This document shows, one piece after another, positions 48,015 to 58,900 of a stretch of DNA of 64,000 nucleotides. The stretch spans positions 2,595 to 66,594 of the forward strand of contig CAKOWQ010000002.1 of assembly GCA_934122395.1 (NCBI GenBank). The letters run 5' to 3'. The translations under genes and the position numbers were made by a program. The notes beneath the pieces were generated by a model. That model did not search any database. It was not told the DNA's origin and saw only the letters and a program-made list of their open reading frames with translations. How positions within the stretch are numbered: position 1 is the stretch's first letter; every line of letters begins with the position of its first letter. Source of the stretch: an uncultured Bacilli bacterium (GTDB lineage: Bacteria > Bacillota_I > Bacilli_A > RF39 > UBA660).

Positions 48015-48945
48015 ATACAGCGATTCAAATAAAAGATATTATACTTTGGATTATTTCTATAAACATAAATTTAATTCTAAAGTATTTAAAGTTAGTCTTA
48101 ATGCTGGGTTCTCTTGTCCTAATAAAGACGGTACAAAAGGATATGGGGGATGCATTTATTGTTCTAAACTAGGTAGTGGTGACTATGCAGGAGATAAAAA
48201 TGAATCATTAATAGAACAGTTCAATAAAGTTAAAGAATTTATGAGTCATAAGTGGCCAAACAGTAAATACATCGCTTATTTTCAAGCTAATACTAATACT
48301 TATGCTCCTGTTGAAGTATTAAAAGAAAAATACGAAAGTGTTATGTATTTAGACAATGTAGTTGGGCTAAATATTGCTACTAGACCTGATGCTATTAGTG
48401 ATGAATGTCTAGATTATTTAGAAAAACTTAATAAAAAGACTTATTTAACTATTGAATTGGGATTACAAACCATACATGAAGGAACATCTAAATTGATAAA
48501 TCGTGGACATGACTTAAACTGTTTTAATGATATGGTTAAAAAATTAAGAAATAGAAATATAAATGTCGTTGTACATATAATTAATGGACTACCTTATGAA
48601 ACAAAAGAAATGATGTTAGAAACTGCTAGATATTTATCCAGTTTGGATATTCAGGGTATTAAAATACACATGTTACATATTTTATCCGATACAGCCTTAG
48701 CTAATCTATATGAAAAAGAACATTTTCATGTTTTAACTAGAGAAGAATATGTAGATATTGTTTGTTCACAGTTAGAATTATTACGGGAAGATATTGTTAT
48801 ACATCGTATTACAGGAGATCCTAACCCAGATGATTTAATTGAACCTAAGTGGCTGATTAAAAAATTTGGTGTGTTAAACGAAATAGATAAAGAAATGGTT
48901 AAAAGAAATAGTTATCAAGGTAAATTAAAAAAGTATTCACAGTAA
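48004..48945 (+). CDS. Radical SAM protein, TIGR01212 (YhcC-like) family.
   Basis: 'FSCPNKDGTKGYGGCIYCS' cluster characteristic of the TIGR01212 radical SAM family. Start overlaps the patatin stop by 11 nt. Confidence 0.7.
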   Translation: MQFKYSDSNKRYYTLDYFYKHKFNSKVFKVSLNAGFSCPNKDGTKGYGGCIYCSKLGSGDYAGDKNESLIEQFNKVKEFMSHKWPNSKYIAYFQANTNTYAPVEVLKEKYESVMYLDNVVGLNIATRPDAISDECLDYLEKLNKKTYLTIELGLQTIHEGTSKLINRGHDLNCFNDMVKKLRNRNINVVVHIINGLPYETKEMMLETARYLSSLDIQGIKIHMLHILSDTALANLYEKEHFHVLTREEYVDIVCSQLELLREDIVIHRITGDPNPDDLIEPKWLIKKFGVLNEIDKEMVKRNSYQGKLKKYSQ

Positions 48946-48957
48946 TTGTGGATACTT

Positions 48958-49710
48958 TTATTTTGTTTTCTTTTTCTGAATATTATATGTTATTTTTGCT
49001 AAAGACTTTGTGGATAAAAATCTCTCAAAGAAATAAGCGCACTTCATTTTAAATCCTGGTACAATAACAAGTTTTTTATTAAACATTTCATCTATGGCAT
49101 ATTTTGCCACGAATTCACTAGTTAATGGTTTTACAGAGAATTTCACATTTGCTACTTTATTGAAATTAGTATCAACAGGTCCTGGGCATAAACATGATAT
49201 TACTACATTAGATTTGTCTCTACGTAATTCTTCTGATATTGAAGTAGTTAATCTTAATACATAAGCTTTGGTACTATAATATGTTGCCATTAATGGTCCC
49301 GGAACAAAAGCCGCTGATGATGCAACATTAAGAATATAACCACTATTTCTCTTCTTCATGTCTTTTAAGAATAACTTAGTTAGAATGTGAACAGCTTTAA
49401 TATTTAAATCAATCATATTTAATTCTTTAGATAAATCTGTCTCATCAAATTTTCCAAAATCACCAAAACCTGCATTATTAATTAATATGTCTATATTTTC
49501 GCTTTTACACAATACATATACTTCTTTTACTTTATTTTCAAGAGATAAATCAGCAACAATAATTTTGACATCAGTCTTTAAATTTTCTTGCATTTTTTGT
49601 AATTTTTCTTTATCTCTAGATACTAAAATTAAATCATGACCTAAATCACTTAAATACTTAGCCATTTGGTATCCAATACCAGATGAAGCTCCTGTTATCA
49701 ATGCTTTCAT
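48958..49710 (-). CDS. Short-chain dehydrogenase/reductase (SDR).
   Basis: 'MKALITGASSGIG' (TGxxxGIG), 'NNAG', 'YSTKAY' (YxxxK). Confidence 0.8.
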   Translation of the reverse strand: MKALITGASSGIGYQMAKYLSDLGHDLILVSRDKEKLQKMQENLKTDVKIIVADLSLENKVKEVYVLCKSENIDILINNAGFGDFGKFDETDLSKELNMIDLNIKAVHILTKLFLKDMKKRNSGYILNVASSAAFVPGPLMATYYSTKAYVLRLTTSISEELRRDKSNVVISCLCPGPVDTNFNKVANVKFSVKPLTSEFVAKYAIDEMFNKKLVIVPGFKMKCAYFFERFLSTKSLAKITYNIQKKKTK

Positions 49711-49754
49711 AAAACCATCTCCAGCCTCATTATACCATAGAAAAAAGGCCTTTA

Positions 49755-51131
49755 CTAGACCTCTTCACTTTCTTCTATATCACTAGAGTCATAATTTTTA
49801 CTAAATTTTTGTAAAAACTCTTGAAGTTTTTCCCTTTCTTCATCTGATATTTCATTTATATCTTTAGCATTATCAGTATCTATAGATGGAACATCCTCAT
49901 TTAGATAAATATTATTAACGGAACTTAATACTATCTTATTGTCCTCAGTATTTCCTATAGATATTTTAGTTTCTAGTTTATATTCTTTATTTTTAGTAAC
50001 TGTGCTAATCTTAAATGTTATATCGCCTAGAGCTTCACCATTATAAGTACAAGATAATGCTAAGTCAAACGTAGAATTATTTTTAACTAATGTACCACTT
50101 ATGGATGCATTACCTTCATCATTTACTACAGTGATGTTTATGTTTGCCTTATCTTTTGAAGTATATGCTTTTTCAAATTTGATACTTGAACCGTTCATTT
50201 CTGCAGTTACTGCAGTAGTATTATGTTTGTTCTTATTTTGATAAAAATCTACCGATAAAGACATATCAACTGCTAGACCATCTGAAGTTGATAACTCTAT
50301 TCTTGTTACATCACCAAATACTTTGCAATAGAACGACAATACTAGATATTCATCATTAGATGTTGATTCACCCATTGATTTAACTGCATCTTCTAAATCA
50401 CTCTTAGTAATATTTTTATCAATTTTTTGTAATACCTTTATTGCTTTAGTATCATTACTTAATGCTTTTAGATAATCTTTAGATATTGAAGTAATCATCT
50501 TATCAGTCATTTTTAGTGATAGTTTATACATGCTTACTTTCTTACCATCTAATGTTAAAGCCTCTTTAGTTTTAGTTAAATCTTTGTTAGTAATATTTTT
50601 AGAGATACTCTTTTTTAAGTGATCAGTTAATATTTTTAGATCTTTTTTTGATAGTTTAGATATTTCTTCATAGTTAACACTATCAACTACTTCTTGATTA
50701 GATATACTGTCTTCAATATCAGTATAATAAAACTCATCCATTACATCTTTGATCTTGAAAAATACTTTTTTCTCATCTAATAGGCCAATGAGTCCTAGAT
50801 TTTCATTAATTTCGCCTTCAACTTTTCCATCTAAATCTACATATAATTGATTACTATTATTAAAATATAAATCACCAGATACACCCATCTTATTATCTAT
50901 ATAAGTTAAAGCGCTATTAGTAGTTATTTTGTATTTATCACTACCATCTAACCCTTCTATAAATGTTTTATCACCCTCGTTAACTTTATTAACATAAGAT
51001 AATACACGTCCTAGTGATGTTTCAAACATATATTTATTGGAATTCATTAAATAGACTCCAGTACCAATCATTGCGATCGACGCAATTAAAAGGCAAATAC
51101 TAACAATTTTCTTAGTCATTACACTACACAC
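49755..51131 (-). CDS. Membrane-anchored extracytoplasmic protein, unknown function.
   Basis: N-terminal TM 'IVSICLLIASIAMIGTGVYL', then a 420-aa polar domain with an acidic C-terminus. Confidence 0.45.
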   Translation of the reverse strand: MCSVMTKKIVSICLLIASIAMIGTGVYLMNSNKYMFETSLGRVLSYVNKVNEGDKTFIEGLDGSDKYKITTNSALTYIDNKMGVSGDLYFNNSNQLYVDLDGKVEGEINENLGLIGLLDEKKVFFKIKDVMDEFYYTDIEDSISNQEVVDSVNYEEISKLSKKDLKILTDHLKKSISKNITNKDLTKTKEALTLDGKKVSMYKLSLKMTDKMITSISKDYLKALSNDTKAIKVLQKIDKNITKSDLEDAVKSMGESTSNDEYLVLSFYCKVFGDVTRIELSTSDGLAVDMSLSVDFYQNKNKHNTTAVTAEMNGSSIKFEKAYTSKDKANINITVVNDEGNASISGTLVKNNSTFDLALSCTYNGEALGDITFKISTVTKNKEYKLETKISIGNTEDNKIVLSSVNNIYLNEDVPSIDTDNAKDINEISDEEREKLQEFLQKFSKNYDSSDIEESEEV

Positions 51132-51179
51132 CTCTTTATTCTAAGTAAATTATACTAATAATTGAGAAAATTGTCTATA

Positions 51180-51206
51180 AAAAAAGAATGACTTTTGTCA
51201 TTCTAA
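51180..51206 (-). terminator. Rho-independent terminator ending the alpha operon after rplQ.
   Basis: AGAATGACAAAAGTCATTCTTTTTTT on the minus strand. Confidence 0.65.
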
Positions 51207-51212
51207 TTATAA

Positions 51213-51557
51213 TTAATCTACTAATTCTAATCTAACAAGTAACGCATCGTCTCCTCTACGTTCATCCATTTTTAGAATTCTTGTATATCCACCATTTCTA
51301 TTTGCATACTTTGGTGCAAGTTCATCAAATACTTTTTTAACAGCAGTAGTATCATTATGAAGGAAAGCTAGTGCTTTTCTTCTTGCAACTAATCCACCAT
51401 CTTTACCATAAGTTATCATCTTATCAACAAATTTACTAGCTTCTTTAGCTCTTGTATCTGTTGTTACTACAAATCCATGCATGATAACGTCTTTAGTAAG
51501 ATTAGCAAGCATGCTTCTTCTATGTTTGTTATCAACACCTAATTTTCTATATGCCAC
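51213..51557 (-). CDS. rplQ: 50S ribosomal protein L17.
   Basis: 'HRRSMLANL...TRAKE...RNGGYTRI'. Confidence 0.9.
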   Translation of the reverse strand: MAYRKLGVDNKHRRSMLANLTKDVIMHGFVVTTDTRAKEASKFVDKMITYGKDGGLVARRKALAFLHNDTTAVKKVFDELAPKYANRNGGYTRILKMDERRGDDALLVRLELVD

Positions 51558-51572
51558 TTTAACTCCTCCTTA

Positions 51573-52523
51573 CTAATCATCGTCGCGTAAAAGTAAACCT
51601 AATTCTTTTACTTTGTCTAATACTTCTTTTAATGATTTTTTACCTAAGTTACGTATTTTCATCATATCATTTTCTGATCTATTAACTAAATCTTGTAATG
51701 TATGAATTCCTGCTCTTTTTAAGCAGTTGTAAGCACGAACTGAGAAATCTAAATCTTCGATAGTTGTTTCTAATGCTTTTACTTTTGGATCCTCAGTTTT
51801 TTCAATCATCATACCTGTCATATCAGCAATATTACTTAAGTTAGTTAATATATTGAAATGTTCAATTAATATTCTAGCTGCTAAAGCAATTGCTTCTTCT
51901 GGTTTGATAGAACCGTTAGTCCATACGTTCATTATTAATTTATCATAACTTTCATCTTGTCCTACACGAGCACTTTCAACATCATATGAAATACGTTCGA
52001 TTGGTGAGAAAATTGAATCTATTGGAATAACTCCAACTTTTTTGATATCAAGTAATTTCTTATTTTCTTCACTCTTAACATATCCTCTACCGTTAGATAC
52101 TGTCATTTCAGCAACTAATTTTCCACCTTTAGCAACATTTGCAATTACTAAATCTGGATTAATTATTTCGATATCAGCATCACGTTCGATGTCACCAGCA
52201 GTAACTGGACCTTCCTTTGTTATGTTTAATCTAACAATTTTACTATCATTAGAATGATTTTTAATTACAACTTTCTTTAAGTTTAAGATAATAGTTGTAA
52301 CATCTTCAACAACACCTTCAAGTGTTTGGAATTCATGTAGTGCTCCTTCAATTTTAACACTACTGATTGCTGAACCTGGAAGAGATGATAACATAACACG
52401 TCTTAAGGCATTACCTAAAGTTGTACCAAATCCTCTTTCTAATGGTTCAAGTTCAAATTTTCCGTAAAAATTGCTTTCTACATAGTCAGTTATTTTATAG
52501 TTTGGTTTTTCAAATTCTATCAT
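51573..52523 (-). CDS. rpoA: DNA-directed RNA polymerase subunit alpha.
   Basis: 'ERGFGTTLGNALRRVMLSSLPG', C-terminal domain 'LDFSVRAYNCLKRAGIHTLQDL'. Confidence 0.9.
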   Translation of the reverse strand: MIEFEKPNYKITDYVESNFYGKFELEPLERGFGTTLGNALRRVMLSSLPGSAISSVKIEGALHEFQTLEGVVEDVTTIILNLKKVVIKNHSNDSKIVRLNITKEGPVTAGDIERDADIEIINPDLVIANVAKGGKLVAEMTVSNGRGYVKSEENKKLLDIKKVGVIPIDSIFSPIERISYDVESARVGQDESYDKLIMNVWTNGSIKPEEAIALAARILIEHFNILTNLSNIADMTGMMIEKTEDPKVKALETTIEDLDFSVRAYNCLKRAGIHTLQDLVNRSENDMMKIRNLGKKSLKEVLDKVKELGLLLRDDD

Positions 52524-52545
52524 GAAACTACCTCCTTTATTTTAA

Positions 52546-52929
52546 TTAGCCACGTGGACGTTTTGGTGGACGACATCCGTTATGTGGTATTGGTGTCACA
52601 TCGTTAATAGCAGTTACTTCTAATCCTGCTGTTTGAAGTGATCTAATAGCTGTTTCACGTCCTGGTCCTAAACCTTTAACATAAACCTCAACTTTTCTCA
52701 TTCCTGCATCAAATGCTGCTTTTCCTGCTGCTTCTGCTGCAATTCCTGCTGCGAATGGAGTTGATTTTTTACTACCTTTAAAACCTAATGCTCCACTTGA
52801 AGCCCAAGAAATCGCATTTCCGTCTTTATCAGTTATTGTAGTAATTGTATTATTAAATGTTGAATGAATGTGTGCTACACCTTCAGGAACATTCTTTTTA
52901 ACTTTTCTTTTTCTAGTTTTATAAGCCAT
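52546..52929 (-). CDS. rpsK: 30S ribosomal protein S11.
   Basis: '[13 protein letters not shown]...[20 protein letters not shown]'. Confidence 0.9.
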   Translation of the reverse strand: MAYKTRKRKVKKNVPEGVAHIHSTFNNTITTITDKDGNAISWASSGALGFKGSKKSTPFAAGIAAEAAGKAAFDAGMRKVEVYVKGLGPGRETAIRSLQTAGLEVTAINDVTPIPHNGCRPPKRPRG

Positions 52930-52959
52930 AAGTTTGACCTCCTTTTTAACTATTTTTTA

Positions 52960-53334
52960 TTATTTCTTTTTATTAGCTATTGTCTTACCTTTGCCTTTGC
53001 GAGTACGAGCGTTACTTCTAGTTGATTGTCCTCTTACAGGTAATCCTTTTTTGTGACGACTTCCTTCGTATGAGTTGATTTCCATTTTAGTTTTGATGTT
53101 CATGTTAACATCACGTCTTAAATCACCTTCAACTACATATTTGTTAACTTCATCACGAATTTTGTTTAATTCATCATTATCTAAATCTTTTACCTTTTTC
53201 ATTGGATCTACTCCTGCATCAGATAAAATCTTTTTAGATAAATTTCTACCTATACCATAAATGTATGTTAGTGAAATTTCAATTTGTTTATCATTTGGTA
53301 TATCTACACCTTTAATACGTGCCATAGAATACAC
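52960..53334 (-). CDS. rpsM: 30S ribosomal protein S13.
   Basis: '[26 protein letters not shown]'. Confidence 0.9.
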   Translation of the reverse strand: MYSMARIKGVDIPNDKQIEISLTYIYGIGRNLSKKILSDAGVDPMKKVKDLDNDELNKIRDEVNKYVVEGDLRRDVNMNIKTKMEINSYEGSRHKKGLPVRGQSTRSNARTRKGKGKTIANKKK

Positions 53335-53343
53335 TTCCTTTCA

Positions 53344-53457
53344 TTAACCTTGTCTTTGTTTGTGTTTTGGATTTTCACAAATAACCATTACTTTACCTTT
53401 ACGTTTAATAATTTTGCATTTTTCGCAAATCTTCTTTGCTGATGCTTTTACTTTCAT
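53344..53457 (-). CDS. rpmJ: 50S ribosomal protein L36 (not in the ORF track; under 60 aa).
   Basis: Manual translation gives [37 protein letters not shown], canonical L36 with a C4 zinc-ribbon. Confidence 0.85.
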   Translation of the reverse strand: MKVKASAKKICEKCKIIKRKGKVMVICENPKHKQRQG

Positions 53458-53470
53458 AATATCCCTCCTA

Positions 53471-53686
53471 TTATTTCCTATAGGTTATACGCCCACGTGT
53501 TAAATCATAAGGCGATAGTTCTAGCATTACGGTATCCCCCGGTAAGATGCGAATGTAATTCATTCGGATTTTACCAGAAACGTGAGCTTCCACAATGTGT
53601 CCATTCTCAAGTTCTACTTTAAATTTACCGCCTGGTAAAATTTCTAGAACATGTCCTTCGATCTCAATTGTATCGTCTTTTGCCAT
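53471..53686 (-). CDS. infA: Translation initiation factor IF-1.
   Basis: '[30 protein letters not shown]...[15 protein letters not shown]'. Confidence 0.9.
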   Translation of the reverse strand: MAKDDTIEIEGHVLEILPGGKFKVELENGHIVEAHVSGKIRMNYIRILPGDTVMLELSPYDLTRGRITYRK

Positions 53687-53690
53687 CTTA

Positions 53691-54446
53691 TCACTCTCCT
53701 GTTAATATTTCGTATCCATCCTTAGTTACTACTACAGTATGTTCAAAATGAGCAGATGGACTATCATCATCAGTAACTATTGTCCAGCCATCATCCAGCA
53801 TATATATATCAGCAGTTCCATAATTTAACATCGGTTCTACTGCTATAACCATACCTTCTTTTAATAATGGTCCTGTACCTTTTTTACCATAATTAGGAAC
53901 ATCTGGTTCTTCATGTAAGTTGCTACCTACACCATGACCAACTAGTTCTTTTACAACTCCTAAGTTATGTGCTTTGGCATATACCTCTACTGCATTAGAG
54001 ATATCACCAATTCTATTACCAGGTTTTATTTGACTTAGCCCTTCATACAATGCTTGTTCAGTATACTTAAGTAAATCTTGTTTTTCTTTACTTATTTCTC
54101 CAACTGGATAAGTCCAAGCTGAATCACCATGATATCCTTTATAACAAGCACATATATCTATCGAAACTATATCTCCATTTCTTAGCTTGCGATTACTAGG
54201 GATTCCATGAACAACTTCTTCGTTAATACTAACGCAAAGTGTTGCAGGAAATCCCTCATATCCCTTGCAAGAAGGAGTAGCTCCTTTACTTCTTATGAAT
54301 TCTTCTGCCAATCTATCAAGTTCTTTGGTTGTTATGCCAGCTTTTACATAAGGTTTTAGATATTGATGAGTTAAGTAGACAATATGTCCTGCTTCTTTTA
54401 ATAATTCGATTTCTCGATTACTTTTAATTTTAATCAATACTATCAC
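53691..54446 (-). CDS. map: Methionine aminopeptidase type I.
   Basis: Pita-bread fold metal ligands 'DIVSIDI', 'GYHGD', 'HGVGSNLHE', 'EPMLN', 'EHTVVVT'. Confidence 0.85.
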   Translation of the reverse strand: MIVLIKIKSNREIELLKEAGHIVYLTHQYLKPYVKAGITTKELDRLAEEFIRSKGATPSCKGYEGFPATLCVSINEEVVHGIPSNRKLRNGDIVSIDICACYKGYHGDSAWTYPVGEISKEKQDLLKYTEQALYEGLSQIKPGNRIGDISNAVEVYAKAHNLGVVKELVGHGVGSNLHEEPDVPNYGKKGTGPLLKEGMVIAVEPMLNYGTADIYMLDDGWTIVTDDDSPSAHFEHTVVVTKDGYEILTGE

Positions 54447-55101
54447 CTAGTTTTGTTAGTAGTTCTTCTACTTGTCTTAGTGTTTCTTTAGAGCCAGAAC
54501 TACTATTTACTACATATAAGCAATTTTTCTTATTGTAGTAATCTATTAATGGTTGTGTTTTTTCAAGGTAAGTATTATATCTTGTTTCAAGTGACTCTAA
54601 ATTATCATCACTTCTTTGATATAATTCACTACCACATTTATCACAAACATTTTCAACTTTAGGACTTAATTCAGGATTATAAATATTATATATTGCATCA
54701 CATCCACGACATAATCTTCTACCAGTAATTCTTTCAATAAGTAATTCTTTTTCTATATCTAAAACAATTACTATTCCAAGATCTTTATTTAAATCTTTTA
54801 AAATCTGATCATACATTTCAGCTTGCTTAACTGTTCTTGGATATCCATCTAGGATATATCCGTTTTGGCAGTCATCTTGTTCTAATCTATTTTTTAATGC
54901 ACTTGCAACTATTTCATCAGAAACTAACATACCTTTAGTTTGCATCTCATGAATTTGTTTTCCAAGTTCATCACCTTTTTGAGCAGCTTCTCTTAATAAA
55001 TCACCAGTTGAAATATGTGTATAATGATATTTTTCTTTTAAATCCTTTGCTAATGTCCCTTTACCTGCACCTGGTGCAGCAATTAGTATTAAATTCTTCA
55101 T
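54430..55101 (-). CDS. adk: Adenylate kinase (with LID-domain Zn knuckle).
   Basis: 'GAPGAGKGT', 'CRGCDAIYN...CDKCGSEL' zinc LID. Confidence 0.85.
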   Translation of the reverse strand: MKNLILIAAPGAGKGTLAKDLKEKYHYTHISTGDLLREAAQKGDELGKQIHEMQTKGMLVSDEIVASALKNRLEQDDCQNGYILDGYPRTVKQAEMYDQILKDLNKDLGIVIVLDIEKELLIERITGRRLCRGCDAIYNIYNPELSPKVENVCDKCGSELYQRSDDNLESLETRYNTYLEKTQPLIDYYNKKNCLYVVNSSSGSKETLRQVEELLTKLGDSID

Positions 55102-56367
55102 TTATCTCCTACTATAACCTTTCTTATATGTTCTTGTAACCAAACTACCCTCTAATTGTTTATATGTTTCAAGAGCAACACCAACAACGATTAATAAGCT
55201 TGTTCCACCAATTGTAATACTTGATGGTAACTTGGTAACGTTACTAAATACTATTGGTAAGCCTGAAATTATAACTAAGAATAAACCACCGACAATAGTC
55301 AATTTAGATAAGATATTACTGATATATTTTTCAGTATCTTTTCCAGGTCTAACGCCAGGAATAAATCCACCATTCTCTTGTAAGTTCTTTGCTAATTCAT
55401 CTGGTTTCAATTGCAAGAATGTATAGAAATATGCAAAGAAATATATTAATACTACGAATACTAAGAATCCCACTGGAGTTGTGTAGTTTAAATATTTATT
55501 TACAAAATTAGTAAATCCTGTATTCTTTACAAATTGAGCTATTGTTGCAGGTATTGCAAGTAAGCTTGATGCAAAGATTATTGGAACCACTCCAGCTGAG
55601 TTTATTTTAATTGGCATGTAAGATTGATTTGCTCCAAATGCACTTGTTGTTTTATTTGCATATTGAATAGCAATCTTACGTTCAGAATTTTCAACAAATA
55701 TTACTCCTATTATAATTAAGAAGTAAACAATTACAAATCCAACAAATGATAGTATTCCAAGTGGTAAAGCTAATCCACTTTCAATAATTAATTCTTTAAA
55801 TGCTGTTACAAACATTGTTGGTAATGTTGAAATAATACCTGCCATAATAATTAATGAAATACCATTTCCAATTCCTTTTTGAGTTATTTGATCTCCTAGC
55901 CATAATAGGAATGCAGTTCCAGCAGTCATAACAGTTGCAACATACATATAATCTAATGTTGACTTACCGCTACCTAAGAATGCAAAAGCAAATGCAAAAC
56001 CTTCAATAAAGGCAAATATAATACCCATATATCTAGTTATTTGATTTAACTTTTGACGTCCTACTGGTCCTTGTTTTTTTAACTCACTAAAGTAAGGAAT
56101 AATATCCATTTGTAATAATTCAACAATAATTGATGCTGTGATGTATGGCATAACTCCTAAAGCAAATATTGAGAATTGCTTTAAGGCACCTCCACCCATA
56201 ACATTAATTAATTCTAAAAAACCTAAACTCCCAGCGACATCTGCTGTACCTGGAATTTGGATTCCAGTACCTACAACAAATATCAATAATGCACCTAAAG
56301 TAAATAAAATTCTTACTCTTAAGTCTTTATTTATAGGTGACATTAATTGTTTCAATGGCTGAAACAT
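55102..56367 (-). CDS. secY: Preprotein translocase subunit SecY.
   Basis: 10-TM protein with SecY signatures 'GIQIPGT', 'GISLIIMAGI', 'GGFIPGVRPGKDT'. Confidence 0.9.
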   Translation of the reverse strand: MFQPLKQLMSPINKDLRVRILFTLGALLIFVVGTGIQIPGTADVAGSLGFLELINVMGGGALKQFSIFALGVMPYITASIIVELLQMDIIPYFSELKKQGPVGRQKLNQITRYMGIIFAFIEGFAFAFAFLGSGKSTLDYMYVATVMTAGTAFLLWLGDQITQKGIGNGISLIIMAGIISTLPTMFVTAFKELIIESGLALPLGILSFVGFVIVYFLIIIGVIFVENSERKIAIQYANKTTSAFGANQSYMPIKINSAGVVPIIFASSLLAIPATIAQFVKNTGFTNFVNKYLNYTTPVGFLVFVVLIYFFAYFYTFLQLKPDELAKNLQENGGFIPGVRPGKDTEKYISNILSKLTIVGGLFLVIISGLPIVFSNVTKLPSSITIGGTSLLIVVGVALETYKQLEGSLVTRTYKKGYSRR

Positions 56368-56368
56368 A

Positions 56369-56812
56369 TTAGATCACCTCAATTTTACTTCCAGATGCTT
56401 CAATTTTTTCTACTGCGCTTTTTGAAAATTTATTTGCTTGAATAGTTAATTTCTTTTTTAAATTTCCATTTCCTAATATTTTAATTCCATCTAACTCTTT
56501 ATTAGCTAATCCTACTTCTTTTAATAATGCAGGAGTTACTAATGTACCATCTTCAAATCTATTTAAATCTTCTACATTAACTGTAGCATAAGTAGTTTTG
56601 AATTTGAAGTTTGAGAAACCTCTTTTTGGTAGACGTCTATATAATGGTAATTGTCCACCTTCGAATGAAGCTCTAACTCCTCCACCACTTCTAGAATTTT
56701 GACCTTTTTGTCCTTTTCCACTTGTTTTACCTAATCCACTACCTGGTCCACGACCTACAATTTTTCTTTTTTGAGTTGCACCAATATTTTTTTCTAATTC
56801 ATGTAATTTCAT
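56369..56812 (-). CDS. rplO: 50S ribosomal protein L15.
   Basis: '[22 protein letters not shown]'. Confidence 0.9.
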   Translation of the reverse strand: MKLHELEKNIGATQKRKIVGRGPGSGLGKTSGKGQKGQNSRSGGGVRASFEGGQLPLYRRLPKRGFSNFKFKTTYATVNVEDLNRFEDGTLVTPALLKEVGLANKELDGIKILGNGNLKKKLTIQANKFSKSAVEKIEASGSKIEVI

Positions 56813-57321
56813 TATCCTAAAATCTCCTCTACTGTTTTTCCTCTTAATTCAGCAGTGTGTTCAGGTGTTTTTAATTGTTTTAGTGCATCCATTGTAGCAT
56901 GTGCCATGTTATTTTTTGTTCTTGCTCCAAGTGATTTAGATAAAATATCGTGAATTCCAGCAAGTTCTAGTACAGCACGAACAGCACCACCAGCAATAAC
57001 TCCAGTACCTTTGTTAGCTGGTTTAAGCATAACTTTTGCAGCTCCTCTAGTACCATATACTTCATGGGCAATTGTTCTATTATCAGTTAGGTGTATTTTA
57101 ATCATATTTTTATTTGCAGCTTGAATTGCTTTTTTAATTGCATCAGGTACTTCATTAGCTTTACCAGTACCTAATCCAACTTTACCTTTTCTATCCCCAA
57201 CTACAACAGTAGCAGAAAAACGTCTTTGTCTACCACCCTTGTTAACTTTTACAACGCTTTTTACTTCAATTACTTGTTCTTCATAAAGCTTTGCTTTTGG
57301 GTCATTATTTCTATTTTGCAT
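56812..57321 (-). CDS. rpsE: 30S ribosomal protein S5.
   Basis: '[37 protein letters not shown]'. Confidence 0.9.
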   Translation of the reverse strand: MQNRNNDPKAKLYEEQVIEVKSVVKVNKGGRQRRFSATVVVGDRKGKVGLGTGKANEVPDAIKKAIQAANKNMIKIHLTDNRTIAHEVYGTRGAAKVMLKPANKGTGVIAGGAVRAVLELAGIHDILSKSLGARTKNNMAHATMDALKQLKTPEHTAELRGKTVEEILG

Positions 57322-57335
57322 AAATTACCCTCCTC

Positions 57336-57698
57336 TTAGAATTCTAAACCTTTATTACGTGCAGCTTCAGCTAAAGCTTTAACACGTCCATGATAAAGAT
57401 ATCCACCTCTATCAAATACTACTTTAGTTATTTTAGCTTTTTTAGCTTTTGCAGCTATAGCTTCACCAACTTTAGTAGCAGCCTCTATGTTACTTCCGTT
57501 TTCTAATTTTAAATCTTTATCAAGTGATGATGCAGAAACTAAAGTCATGCCTGCTTCGTCATCAATAATTTGTGCAAAAATATTAGAATTTGATCTAAAC
57601 ACATTAAGTCTTGGAACTGCGCTAGTTCCATGAACAGATTTTCTTACTCTTTCGTGTCTAGCTTCACGCATAACATTTCTTGATACTTTTCTTATCAT
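57336..57698 (-). CDS. rplR: 50S ribosomal protein L18.
   Basis: '[18 protein letters not shown]'. Confidence 0.9.
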   Translation of the reverse strand: MIRKVSRNVMREARHERVRKSVHGTSAVPRLNVFRSNSNIFAQIIDDEAGMTLVSASSLDKDLKLENGSNIEAATKVGEAIAAKAKKAKITKVVFDRGGYLYHGRVKALAEAARNKGLEF

Positions 57699-57723
57699 AA
57701 GTAACTTCTCCTTATCTTATATT

Positions 57724-58254
57724 TTAAGCAGCTTTCTTTCCTTCTTTACGACGAATATGTTCATCTTTGTAACGAATTCCTTTTCCTTTATATGGTTCAG
57801 GTTGTCTTACTTTACGAACGTTAGCTGCATACTCACCTACTAAAACTTTGTCAATTCCTTTAATAGTAAGTTCAGTATTGCTAGGAACCTCTACAGTAAT
57901 TCCTTCTGGAATATCCATTTCAACTGGATGAGAGTATCCTGCATTAATTACAATCTTGTTTCCTTTTAATGCAAAACGGTAACCAACACCAAGGATTTCT
58001 AACTGTTTTTCATATCCTTTGCTTACACCAATCATCATATTATTGATATTAGCATTGATTGTTCCGTGCATTGCTTTGATATCATCATTTGCTCTTAGTA
58101 CTTCTAAAGTGTTATCTTCTACTTTTAAAGTAATTCCTTTTACTAATGAAGTAGTAAGTTCTCCCTTAGGTCCTTTAACTGTAACGATACCATTTTCTTC
58201 TGTTACTGTAACTCCTTCTGGAATTACAAGTTTTCTATTTCCAATACGACTCAT
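57724..58254 (-). CDS. rplF: 50S ribosomal protein L6.
   Basis: '[18 protein letters not shown]'. Confidence 0.9.
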   Translation of the reverse strand: MSRIGNRKLVIPEGVTVTEENGIVTVKGPKGELTTSLVKGITLKVEDNTLEVLRANDDIKAMHGTINANINNMMIGVSKGYEKQLEILGVGYRFALKGNKIVINAGYSHPVEMDIPEGITVEVPSNTELTIKGIDKVLVGEYAANVRKVRQPEPYKGKGIRYKDEHIRRKEGKKAA

Positions 58255-58278
58255 TTTAGGTCCTCCTTACACTTTAGA

Positions 58279-58680
58279 TTACCAAATATACGCAAGAACT
58301 TCTCCACCAAGATTTTCTTTACGAGCTTGTTTATCAGTCATAATTCCACGAGATGTAGAAATTATTGCAATTCCTAATCCATTTAAAACTTTAGGAACTT
58401 CTTCACTCTTAACATATACTCTTAATCCTGGTTTAGAAATACGTTTTAATCCAGTAATTACTCTTTCTTTATTTTTTCCATATTTAAGTGTTAAAACGAT
58501 TGTTCCTTGAACATCTTTTTCAACAATTTTATAATCTTCTATAAATCCTTCTTCTTTTAAAATTCTTGCAAGTTCTTCTTTTAATTTAGAAGCAGGTACT
58601 GAAACTTCAGTATAGTGCATTGCATTTGCATTTCTAATGCGTGTTAGCATATCTGCAATTGTATCAGTTACTACAGCCAT
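58279..58680 (-). CDS. rpsH: 30S ribosomal protein S8.
   Basis: '[14 protein letters not shown]'. Confidence 0.9.
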   Translation of the reverse strand: MAVVTDTIADMLTRIRNANAMHYTEVSVPASKLKEELARILKEEGFIEDYKIVEKDVQGTIVLTLKYGKNKERVITGLKRISKPGLRVYVKSEEVPKVLNGLGIAIISTSRGIMTDKQARKENLGGEVLAYIW

Positions 58681-58700
58681 ATTTTATTCCTCCTTCCCAA

Positions 58701-58886
58701 TTACCAGCTTGACTTTCTAACACCTGGTATTTGTCCTTTATAAGCTAATTCTCTAAAGCAAATACGGCAGATCCCAAATTTACTTAATACAGCATGAGGT
58801 CTTCCACATCTTTTACAACGTGTATATTCACGAACTTTGAATTTTTGCTTTTTGTTAGCTTTAACAATCATACTTTTCTTTGCCAT
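58701..58886 (-). CDS. rpsN: 30S ribosomal protein S14 type Z (Zn-ribbon, 61 aa).
   Basis: '[38 protein letters not shown]'. Confidence 0.9.
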   Translation of the reverse strand: MAKKSMIVKANKKQKFKVREYTRCKRCGRPHAVLSKFGICRICFRELAYKGQIPGVRKSSW

Positions 58887-58900
58887 TATTTACCCTCCGA

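Noticed and set aside
58019-58510. 163-aa plus-strand ORF across rplF/rpsH.
   Set aside because: Antisense to two universally conserved ribosomal protein genes. No RBS.
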